Source: an archaeon (GTDB lineage Archaea > Nanobdellota > Nanobdellia > CSSed11-243R1). From it: 64,000 nucleotides of DNA. Positions 49,201 through 56,535 of this stretch are shown one piece after another. How positions within the stretch are numbered: position 1 is the first letter of the stretch; each line of letters opens with the position of its first letter. Location: contig JAJRVP010000013.1 of the NCBI GenBank assembly GCA_024277205.1, positions 8,735 to 72,734 of the forward strand, in the 5' to 3' direction. The translations under genes and the position numbers were made by a program. Under the pieces are notes generated by a model. It did not search any database. It was not told the origin of the DNA and saw only the letters and a list, made by a program, of their open reading frames with translations.

Positions 49201-49202
49201 TT

Positions 49203-49727
49203 ATGCGAAACTTAAAATATTTTAAAAACCTTTCTATGGATATGTCCAATGCACAAACTCACTTAATTGTTGGAACATTAACTTGTCTAACACTAGCATT
49301 TTTCTTATACAAATTTGTACATGTTAATTTGCTTGTTTTATTTGCAGGAGTAGTAATTGGGATTATTGCTTCTGAATTTCCAGATATTGACCATCCAAAA
49401 TCATTACCAAGAAAAGTGCTTAGAGGATTAATGCCTGCATTGATATTATTCATTTTTATCTATCTGTTTTTTGCATGGAGAATTTGGACAAAGAATTTTT
49501 TAATGATTTCACTATTTTTTGCAACACCATTTTTAATTATTTTTTCTTATGAATATTTTATACCAAAACATCGGAGAGCAACCCATAAATGGCCTGGAAT
49601 GGCAATGCTAATTGCAGTTACGATTCCACTTGCATCTGCTGTTGGTTTAGGAATTACAAACTTTTTAATTATTGCATCTTTTGCAGTTCTTGGTTTTTCA
49701 ACACACATTCTTTTGGACCACTTATAA
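49203..49727 (+). CDS. membrane-bound metal-dependent hydrolase (DUF457/YdjM-like), paralog of 34241-34702
   Basis: Multi-TM with FPDIDHPKS motif matching LPDIDHPNS in the paralog. Confidence 0.55.
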   Translation: MRNLKYFKNLSMDMSNAQTHLIVGTLTCLTLAFFLYKFVHVNLLVLFAGVVIGIIASEFPDIDHPKSLPRKVLRGLMPALILFIFIYLFFAWRIWTKNFLMISLFFATPFLIIFSYEYFIPKHRRATHKWPGMAMLIAVTIPLASAVGLGITNFLIIASFAVLGFSTHILLDHL

Positions 49728-50072
49728 TGGGGTTTTCTTGAATTTTTTTAAGAAGTTTTTGTCTTTGTTAAGTCTGATAAACACAGCTAGAATGTGCTTG
49801 CAAAAACCACGCTTTATGCTATGCCAATGGCAGTCACAGTTCCAAGATTCTGGAAATTTTTTTTCACTAAAATATATTACAGAATGGGTCGTATCATATG
49901 TTTTGTCTATGCAGGTGAATCCAATATGTTTTATTGTGATGTAGTCAACTTTGACATCTTCCCACATTCTTTTTGCAGAACTATAACTATTTTTGCTTAT
50001 TTCTTTATTGGATTCTATGCTTTCAATTGAAAGAAATTGGATGTCCATAATCAAAAGTAGTTTTTGCCCCAA
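49722..50072 (-). CDS. SWIM zinc-finger protein
   Basis: CDCHWHSIKRGFCKHILAVF fits the SWIM CxCxnCxH signature. Confidence 0.6.
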   Translation of the reverse strand: MGQKLLLIMDIQFLSIESIESNKEISKNSYSSAKRMWEDVKVDYITIKHIGFTCIDKTYDTTHSVIYFSEKKFPESWNCDCHWHSIKRGFCKHILAVFIRLNKDKNFLKKFKKTPL

Positions 50073-50215
50073 AGCACTATTAATGTAATTCCAAGTATGC
50101 TCATTGCAAAGATTTTTTGTAATGCGCCAACTTTCCCAATAACAGGGATGCTTAATACAGAAAATGCAGCTAAAACTCCAAGTGCAGAACCACCAATATC
50201 TTTTAAACTAATCAT
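50051..50215 (-). CDS. small membrane protein (54 aa), translationally coupled
   Basis: Unlisted ORF MISLKDIGGSALGVLAAFSVLSIPVIGKVGALQKIFAMSILGITLIVLWGKNYF; its ATG overlaps the upstream stop as ATGA. Confidence 0.35.
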   Translation of the reverse strand: MISLKDIGGSALGVLAAFSVLSIPVIGKVGALQKIFAMSILGITLIVLWGKNYF

Positions 50216-51138
50216 TTTTCACCACCTTTTATTCTTTTGATTCCAAGTTCTTCATAAATTGAGTTAACATCCTCTTCAGACATGCTTTTAACAATCCTCT
50301 TTATTTTTTGGATTACTTCAGATTCAGGATAAACTTTTTTCTTTCCCTTTTCCAATTTTTTTAGTTTATCTTTTTTAATCAATTCTTCAAGCATTTTAGT
50401 ATCAATGCCTTCACCCCTTAATGTATTCATCATCTCTCTTAAAGTATAGCCGCGAGACAATCCAAGTTTTAAATATGCTCTTAAATCCTCAAGGGTGGCT
50501 TGTTTTTTCATTATTTTTTTCAAATGTTTTGAATAAATATAAAGTATTAATGCTGCTGAGATTGCAATAACTAAAATTATTAAAACAGGAGTTATATCAT
50601 ATACTTCAACTTCTATTTTTGGGCAGTCAGCAGGACAGTTAAATGATGTTTCACCCAACTCACATATTTCATTACCGCAGAATATTACACCCTCACTTGG
50701 CAGAACACTCATTATAGATGTGCTTGTATCAAAGCCACCAGGATATGTCCAAACACTTATGAATTCTTGGCTTCCTGGCTCTTTTGCTTTTAGAGTATAA
50801 ACAAGTAAAACTTGCGATGGACCTAACCCATCTCTAAAACTCCAATGATATGCTGTTCTTGTTTTTCCCTGATATTGGTAAGAAGGCAAGGATTCAAGAA
50901 CAACAGCATCTTCATCATAATTATACACTTTCCATTCCTCTATTTCCCAACCAAGTGGAACAAATTCAATTACATCAAATGCATTAATTTGTTTTGTTGA
51001 TTTGAATTCAATAGAAACATTAACAGTGTTTGTTACTTCAACAGCACTTGGCATCTCTCTTTTGAACATTACATCTCCAAATGCAATTGGAAGCGCAACT
51101 ATTAAAATCAATGTTATCAATAATAAACGTTTATTCAT
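50212..51138 (-). CDS. single-pass membrane protein with secreted Cys-containing ectodomain and basic cytoplasmic tail
   Basis: Signal peptide, ectodomain with CGNEICELGETSFNCPADC, TM helix (VLIILVIAISAALILYIY), K/E-rich tail. Confidence 0.5.
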   Translation of the reverse strand: MNKRLLLITLILIVALPIAFGDVMFKREMPSAVEVTNTVNVSIEFKSTKQINAFDVIEFVPLGWEIEEWKVYNYDEDAVVLESLPSYQYQGKTRTAYHWSFRDGLGPSQVLLVYTLKAKEPGSQEFISVWTYPGGFDTSTSIMSVLPSEGVIFCGNEICELGETSFNCPADCPKIEVEVYDITPVLIILVIAISAALILYIYSKHLKKIMKKQATLEDLRAYLKLGLSRGYTLREMMNTLRGEGIDTKMLEELIKKDKLKKLEKGKKKVYPESEVIQKIKRIVKSMSEEDVNSIYEELGIKRIKGGEK

Positions 51139-51180
51139 GAATTAATCAAATAGTTGTATTCTTATAAATATTTAGAAAAA

Positions 51181-51401
51181 TGTCGGGGGTGGGACTTTCA
51201 AGCACCCACCAAATTTTTCTTTTGGTGCAGCTTTTCTTTTTAAGAAAAGGTGCTTTTGAACCCACGATCACCTGGTCATGAGCCAGGCATTCTACCAGAT
51301 TGTTCAACTTTCCGTCAACGCTTCGGCGAGACTTCGTCTCGACGCCCAGCGACAGAGTCGCTAGGTGCGCGAAGCGGAAAGGGTTGCTAAACTACCCCGA
51401 C
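51181..51401 (-). tRNA. tRNA-Met (anticodon CAU, elongator-like) with a large D-region intron and a T-loop intron
   Basis: Minus-strand fold: acceptor GTCGGGG/CCCCGAC, anticodon arm CCTGG-CTCATGA-CCAGG, T-stem GTGGG/CCCAC, discriminator A; a GC-rich insertion of about 80 nt in the D region and the conserved T-loop insert of about 50 nt. Confidence 0.55.
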
Positions 51402-51466
51402 ATATTTTGTTATTAAAAAGCATTATCAAAGAATGTTTATAAAAGTTGTTAAAAAATAGGTTTATC

Positions 51467-51784
51467 CTAAAAAGATTTTTTATAGAACTCATTTAATTCA
51501 CGTCTCCATATCTCAACATAACCATTTGCCTCAAGACAATTAAGAATAATCTCTGTTGCTATGCTGGCGTGTCCTAATGAATACGTGTTATTTATGATCT
51601 CTTTAGCACGTTCTTTTCTTGAATATAAATAAAAGTTTATAGCATCTACATTCCTTTCAAGCATCTTCTTTTGTAATTCCAAAATAATCTCATCTAACGT
51701 GTTTTTTTCAAGAAGGAGAGCCTTGTTGTTCTTGTCAACCAAATCTATGAATCTCCTTGCAGTTTCCATCGCAACTTTTTCCAT
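51467..51784 (-). CDS. hypothetical protein (105 aa)
   Basis: ORF only. Confidence 0.4.
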   Translation of the reverse strand: MEKVAMETARRFIDLVDKNNKALLLEKNTLDEIILELQKKMLERNVDAINFYLYSRKERAKEIINNTYSLGHASIATEIILNCLEANGYVEIWRRELNEFYKKSF

Positions 51785-51855
51785 GATTGTGAGAATTAGA
51801 TTTGTTTTAAAAAGATTTATTTAGTTAGAAATATATGTTGGGAAGTACATAAGAA

Positions 51856-52263
51856 TCAAATCAAATGTAATTTGATTTTTTCTGTGATTTCTCTGAACTT
51901 TTCAGATGTGTATGTTTTTGTTTTTTTTATGTTCATTAAATCCTCAAGAGAGTCGCTTTTAAGTTTTGGAAGAAGCCAGACATGAGCATGTGGAACCTCA
52001 TCTCCCAAAACATAAGAGAGAATTTGCTCGGTGCCAAAAGCTTTTCTTATTGCTTTAGCAATCTTTTGGACGACTTTGTAGTATTCGTCTATGTTTGGCA
52101 CATCCCAAACCCACTGAATATGTTCTTTTGGAATCACTAAAACATGTCCTTCTGTAACAGGACGGATTGAAAGAAAGGCAAGAAATTTTTCATCTTCATA
52201 AACTTTGTAAGCGTTTAGTTCTCCTTTTACGATTTTGCAGAATGGGCATTCAATTGTCTTCAT
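51856..52263 (-). CDS. HIT-family hydrolase
   Basis: Histidine triad (VPHAHVWLLP); N-terminal CPFC; 135 aa. Confidence 0.8.
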   Translation of the reverse strand: MKTIECPFCKIVKGELNAYKVYEDEKFLAFLSIRPVTEGHVLVIPKEHIQWVWDVPNIDEYYKVVQKIAKAIRKAFGTEQILSYVLGDEVPHAHVWLLPKLKSDSLEDLMNIKKTKTYTSEKFREITEKIKLHLI

Positions 52264-52816
52264 ATTCTACACCCATCTTCTCAAACAATAATCGTGCGTA
52301 TCCTTTATGGATTATATTTTCCTTTGGCAACTTAAGTTTTTCTATTAATCTAAGAATTCTCTTTTTTGCTTCTTCGCTGTTGTCCGAAATTAATTCAAAC
52401 TCAACAAAATCACCAAGCCCTTCAATTTTATCAAGGTTCACTTCAAACTCATTAAGCTTTCCTTGCTCCCTTGTTTTTACTTTTGAAATAACTTTTACAA
52501 AGCCAAGCTTTTCAAGAATTCTCTCCATGTCTTTTTTGTTTGAGATTTCAGTTTCATATTCTTCCCAAACTCCTTGCTTGCCTGTGAGCAATTTCATAGT
52601 TAGAATTGATTTTTCATTTTCGCTGCGAATTCTGAGAAGAAAGGAGCCAGCTTTTTGTAACTCCATTTCTTTTCCTTTTTGCTTGTAATAGTTATCAACT
52701 TGCTTTTTCGGGCTTCCAAATTTTGCGCCAATAGACTCTAGTTTCTTTTTCACTTCTTCCAAATTTTCAACTTTAACTTTTACTTCGATTTCCAAATTAT
52801 CCCTGTTTGTATCCAA
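52250..52816 (-). CDS. CYTH-domain protein (triphosphate tunnel metalloenzyme / CyaB-like)
   Basis: N-terminal E-x-E-x-K motif (LEIEVKVKV) and later LRIR; 188 aa; overlaps the neighbouring genes at both ends. Confidence 0.7.
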   Translation of the reverse strand: MDTNRDNLEIEVKVKVENLEEVKKKLESIGAKFGSPKKQVDNYYKQKGKEMELQKAGSFLLRIRSENEKSILTMKLLTGKQGVWEEYETEISNKKDMERILEKLGFVKVISKVKTREQGKLNEFEVNLDKIEGLGDFVEFELISDNSEEAKKRILRLIEKLKLPKENIIHKGYARLLFEKMGVEYEDN

Positions 52817-53294
52817 TTTTTCTTAAGAATTCTTTGCGCTCTTTAATTTTGTTTTCATCTTCAATCCCTTTTGGCTTGTTGCCATCAATCACACCAAGAA
52901 TTCCTTTTCCTTGCTCTGTTTCTGCAACAATTACTTCTGTTGGATTTGCAGTTGCTGTAAAAATTCTGCACACTTCGGGTATCATTTTAATCGCATTTAA
53001 AATATTGATTGGGTATCCATTTCGCAAGAAGATTATAAATGTATGCCCAGCCCCAATTTTGTATGCTTGCTCTGCTGCAGCTTTTTCTAGTTCTTCATCA
53101 TTACCTGTATGTCTTATTAGGCAATCTCCAGATGCTTCTACAAAACCAATTCCAAATTTTATATTTGGATTGCAATTGACAATTGCTTCGTATAAGTCTT
53201 CAACAGATTTAATAAAATGTGTTTGTCCAAGAATTAGATTAACATCTTGGGGAGATTCAATTTTTACAATTTTGATTTCCATTTGTTTCACCAA
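52797..53294 (-). CDS. archaeal adenosine-specific-kinase-family (PF04008-like) protein
   Basis: 165 aa; pattern IKIVKIE...GQTHFIKSVEDL...GIGFVEASG...HTGNDEELEKAA...GAGHTFIIFL resembles that conserved archaeal family, called from memory. Confidence 0.45.
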   Translation of the reverse strand: MVKQMEIKIVKIESPQDVNLILGQTHFIKSVEDLYEAIVNCNPNIKFGIGFVEASGDCLIRHTGNDEELEKAAAEQAYKIGAGHTFIIFLRNGYPINILNAIKMIPEVCRIFTATANPTEVIVAETEQGKGILGVIDGNKPKGIEDENKIKERKEFLRKIGYKQG

Positions 53295-53388
53295 ATCTAC
53301 AAAACCATTTTCAATATTAATATTTTCCTTATTTAATAACTACTACTACATAGTAGCATTTATAAATAAGAGTTGTTCTTAGTCAAGT

Positions 53389-53775
53389 ATGAACTCTGCT
53401 CACAAATACACAGAAAAAAGGTATTTGGTTTTAAGCAGAGATGTTATTACTAAATTTGAACCTTGGATGGAAAGAATAATTTCTGGATCTAATTATGATA
53501 AAATTTTGCTCGTAGGCAATGAAGCAATAGATTATAAAAGAGTAGAAATGGTTGGGGAGGATATAAGTAAATCCTTGGATTTAAACAGTTATTCTTTTTC
53601 AGCATCCCCAAACGGGTTTACAATAGGCGGGAATTATTTTTTATTGACAAATCCCTATTTGATTAAAATAAAACCTGACACACTTACTCTTGAAATTATC
53701 AAATATAAAGAAAAGATAGATATTATTAGAGGAGAGGTTGTTAGAACTCTTGAACAAGAAGTAATTTACCCATAA
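53389..53775 (+). CDS. hypothetical protein (128 aa)
   Basis: ORF only; convergent with and overlapping the NTase 3' end. Confidence 0.4.
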   Translation: MNSAHKYTEKRYLVLSRDVITKFEPWMERIISGSNYDKILLVGNEAIDYKRVEMVGEDISKSLDLNSYSFSASPNGFTIGGNYFLLTNPYLIKIKPDTLTLEIIKYKEKIDIIRGEVVRTLEQEVIYP

Positions 53776-54398
53776 TTTTTGATTTGTTTTTTATATACCT
53801 CAACCAGTTCTTTAAAACCATTTTTATTGAGCATATTAAGAGATTCGTTAAACCCCTCATCCCCAAGAATTCCTCTTAAGTATAATACATCAGATATGTG
53901 TTTTGGGTTGTTCCCCTTTCTACATGCTGCAAGTTTGAATCCAAGCCAAATCCATGGGGCTGGCAATTTTAAACCTTGGTAATGCATAGTTCCTTTTTCA
54001 TCAAATAGATAATCTTCAAGTTTGGCTGCATATTTTGGATCTATGCTTTCAAAAATACCCTTCATAAAAAATTCTACAGAGCCGTCGAAATCATCCAATC
54101 TTTTAAAATAAGAACCTTCTGGGGTAACACCAACGCCACAACCAAGATTAGAAAGAAGTTTGTCTTCTAATTTCTCATCATCAGAGAAGATATCCACATC
54201 CCCAGTATCCCTAAAATTGTCTATTTTTACTCCTGTAAAAATGTCTGCATAGCCTACTAATGCAAAGCTTCCAAAAACAATCATGTTCCCATTTTGATAT
54301 TCGCATTTAAGAGATTCAACTACTCTTTCAAATACAGGATAGCTTACTTTCAATCCCATAGTATACTCTTTTAACTCCATATTTATAAATGTTTTCAT
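53766..54398 (-). CDS. minimal nucleotidyltransferase (Pol-beta superfamily) domain protein
   Basis: hG[GS] motif (IVFGSFALVG) followed by the DxD (GDVDIFSDD) signature; 210 aa. Confidence 0.6.
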   Translation of the reverse strand: MKTFINMELKEYTMGLKVSYPVFERVVESLKCEYQNGNMIVFGSFALVGYADIFTGVKIDNFRDTGDVDIFSDDEKLEDKLLSNLGCGVGVTPEGSYFKRLDDFDGSVEFFMKGIFESIDPKYAAKLEDYLFDEKGTMHYQGLKLPAPWIWLGFKLAACRKGNNPKHISDVLYLRGILGDEGFNESLNMLNKNGFKELVEVYKKQIKNYG

Positions 54399-54415
54399 TT
54401 TTTAGTGACTACAGA

Positions 54416-54596
54416 TGGACCTGTCGGGACTTTCAAGCACCCACGAAAGTTTTCTCTTTCGTGCACGTTTCTTTTTAAGAAGGGTGCTTTTGAACCCGAA
54501 ACCTCCCGCAATCAGGAACCTCTTCTTTTAGTAAAGCTTTTCTTTTTAAGAAAAGGTTGTGCCAAGCGGGTGCGCTACCAATTGCGCCACAGGCCC
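54416..54596 (-). tRNA. tRNA-Ala (anticodon GGC) with a canonical anticodon-loop intron and a T-loop intron
   Basis: Minus-strand fold: acceptor GGGCCTG/CAGGTCC giving the G3:U70 Ala identity pair, discriminator A73, D-arm GCGC-AATTGGTA-GCGC, anticodon stem CCCGC/GCGGG with loop TTGGCA interrupted after position 37, T-stem TCGGG/CCCGA with an insert of about 50 nt in the T-loop. Confidence 0.65.
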
Positions 54597-54597
54597 A

Positions 54598-54969
54598 TCA
54601 TACTTTCCAAAAGTAACATTTTTCTTTTTTGCATCTTTCACATCCAAGATCTTCTCTTTTTGTATTGAATAAAGCCCATCTCTCTTCTTTTCGGATGTAT
54701 ACATGCATTCCACCTGAACATTTGTAGACGAAATAGCCGCCCATTTTATTGTAATTTTTGCTGAAAAGTATATCCACTCCATTTATTGTCATTTCAATTG
54801 TTTCTGAGTCATGTTTTTCTACATTTGTTTCAAATGCGTCATCTAATATTTCTGCAATATCTTTCTTTTTTTCATCTGCTCCTTTGTTATTTAGTTCCCT
54901 TTTTTGTTTACATAACGGACAGACACCCCATTCCATTAATGTTCCGCATTTTGGACAAAATAAACTCAT
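54598..54969 (-). CDS. Zn-ribbon protein (123 aa) with RpoM/TFS-like N-terminal ribbon
   Basis: N-terminal CPKCG...CPLC and a C-terminal Cys cluster (CERCKKEKCYFW); sits between two tRNA genes. Confidence 0.5.
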   Translation of the reverse strand: MSLFCPKCGTLMEWGVCPLCKQKRELNNKGADEKKKDIAEILDDAFETNVEKHDSETIEMTINGVDILFSKNYNKMGGYFVYKCSGGMHVYIRKEERWALFNTKREDLGCERCKKEKCYFWKV

Positions 54970-54982
54970 TTTATCACCAAAA

Positions 54983-55099
54983 AGGGCCTGACGGGATTTG
55001 AACCCGCGACCTGCTGGTTAAGAGCCAGCCGCTCTGACCAGACTTTGCCAACCCTTTTCTGTAAACGCTTTTTCCAAAAGGGTTTTGAGCTACAGGCCC
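54983..55099 (-). tRNA. tRNA-Lys (anticodon CUU) with a D-loop intron
   Basis: Minus-strand fold: acceptor GGGCCTG/CAGGCCC, D-stem GCTC/GAGC with a hairpin insert of about 40 nt (AACCCTTTT...AAAAGGGTT), anticodon arm GCTGG-CTCTTAA-CCAGC, T-arm GCGGG-TTCAAAT-CCCGT. Confidence 0.7.
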
Positions 55100-55160
55100 A
55101 CAAGTTTTAAACTGCACTAAATACTTTTAAAGATTACTTTAATAAAGAATAGAAATAATA

Positions 55161-55553
55161 TTATGAAATCAAAACAGCATTAATTGTTCCATTTTGTCCA
55201 GGCCTATTTGTTACTTTTGCTTTGCCTATTTTTGTCTCAATTATTGCACCCTTTGTAATTACTCCTCTTCTTGCAAAGTGTCTATTTGCTTGATTTTCAA
55301 TCACTTTTTTAATCTCGACTTTTTGATATTTTTTTGTTTTTGGATCAAGAACATTTGCAACATTAGTTCTTAATGCTCTTAATTTTTCTCCAGAACCATG
55401 AGTTCTTATTTTAATTACTTTTTGGCTTTCATCAACTTTTGTGTGCGCTGGATTTCTGCCCAACTCTCTTTTTCTCTTATCTCTAAGTTTTTTGTATTTA
55501 CTTCCACTTACTTTTCTTTTTCTTTTTGCATGCCAAATAACCATGGATATCAC
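55161..55553 (-). CDS. rps8e: ribosomal protein S8e
   Basis: 130 aa matching the S8e consensus (KRKRKVSG..., NRHFARRGVITKGAIIET..., RPGQNGTINAVLI). Confidence 0.88.
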   Translation of the reverse strand: MISMVIWHAKRKRKVSGSKYKKLRDKRKRELGRNPAHTKVDESQKVIKIRTHGSGEKLRALRTNVANVLDPKTKKYQKVEIKKVIENQANRHFARRGVITKGAIIETKIGKAKVTNRPGQNGTINAVLIS

Positions 55554-55586
55554 AACAAGAAATCTCTTTTTAAACTTTACTCATAG

Positions 55587-56018
55587 TTATATGTGTCCAA
55601 ACTGCTCAAAATAAGAGTCGTATATAAACAATTCTTCTTGTTTTAAAGAGATATTTTCAAGAGCAGTTTTATAAGTTTTATCACCTTCAAAGCCAAATCT
55701 TTTTTCTAATTTTTTTAAAAATTGGAACATGTTATATCTTGGTAGGTTCAGCTTTAATGTTGCATTTCCATTTTTATAAAAAAAGTTACAAGCAACATAA
55801 TCTCCAAAAAGTCTAGCTGTTCTCCCTTGCATAATAACTACTTTGGTTCCATCTTCTAAGGTTTGTTCTTGCGGTTTTATCCTCTTTGATTTTATTTCTG
55901 AGAAAAATGTTTCTTTTATAATTCTTTCTAATTTATTGCCTTCTTCATTTTCTAATAGGAGACACACATTGTAATTCCCATACGGCTCTTCACGCAATTC
56001 TTTAATTAATGCTTTCAT
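55587..56018 (-). CDS. hypothetical protein (about 143 aa from the internal Met)
   Basis: The ORF track gives 192 aa, but the N-terminal 49 aa look noncoding; no motif recognised. Confidence 0.4.
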   Translation of the reverse strand: MKALIKELREEPYGNYNVCLLLENEEGNKLERIIKETFFSEIKSKRIKPQEQTLEDGTKVVIMQGRTARLFGDYVACNFFYKNGNATLKLNLPRYNMFQFLKKLEKRFGFEGDKTYKTALENISLKQEELFIYDSYFEQFGHI

Positions 56019-56125
56019 GTTGACTAAAAATAAAGAGAGATATAAAAAAGTTTTGATAAAGGAAAAGTTTAAAAGGTAATAAAATTGTGATATGTTTATT
56101 ATTAAATTGTTGTGAGGTTTAAAAA

Positions 56126-56353
56126 ATGGAAGTAACAAGACCTTTGGATTTGTTAAATGCATCAAAAGACAAAAGAGTAATGATAGAACTAAAAAATGGA
56201 AAACAGTTTATTGGAAAATTGGTTGCTTTTGATATCCATATAAACTGTGTTTTAAACGAAGCAGAGGAAATGGAAAACGGAGAAACCAAGAGAAAGTTAG
56301 GAAAACTATTTTTGCGTGGAGATACAATAATACTTATCTCACCATCAGAGTAA
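56126..56353 (+). CDS. Sm-like archaeal protein (LSm/SmAP)
   Basis: 75 aa; Sm1/Sm2 motifs (VMIELKNGKQFIGKLVAFDIHINCVL...FLRGDTIILI). Confidence 0.88.
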   Translation: MEVTRPLDLLNASKDKRVMIELKNGKQFIGKLVAFDIHINCVLNEAEEMENGETKRKLGKLFLRGDTIILISPSE

Positions 56354-56365
56354 TAGGCGATTCTT

Positions 56366-56533
56366 ATGGGTAAAGGTACACCTGCTAGAGGAAAACATAG
56401 TAAAGGAAAAGTCCATATCACCTGTCGTAGATGTGGGAATCATTCTTTTCATGCAACAAAAAAAGTTTGCTCAAGCTGTGGATACGGAAAAAGTTCTAAA
56501 TTAAGAAAATATTCTTGGGCAAAAAGAAAATAA
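56366..56533 (+). CDS. rpl37e: ribosomal protein L37e
   Basis: Unlisted 55-aa [43 protein letters not shown]...; C4 Zn finger; conserved LSm-L37e gene pair. Confidence 0.85.
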   Translation: MGKGTPARGKHSKGKVHITCRRCGNHSFHATKKVCSSCGYGKSSKLRKYSWAKRK

Positions 56534-56535
56534 TA

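Noticed and set aside
52167-53382. Long plus-strand ORFs (173 and 191 aa) antisense to the CYTH, HIT and PF04008-like genes
   Set aside because: They are serine/leucine/phenylalanine-rich and low-complexity, typical of antisense frames in AT-rich coding DNA. The minus-strand genes carry clear catalytic motifs.
54405-54782. ORFs of 87 and 78 aa overlapping the tRNA-Ala region
   Set aside because: They overlap a hand-folded tRNA-Ala with the G3:U70 identity pair and are most likely spurious.
48798-55099. tRNA-flanked region as a classical integrated element or provirus
   Set aside because: No integrase, recombinase, capsid or packaging genes and no recognisable att duplications. Kept only as a weak accessory-island hypothesis.
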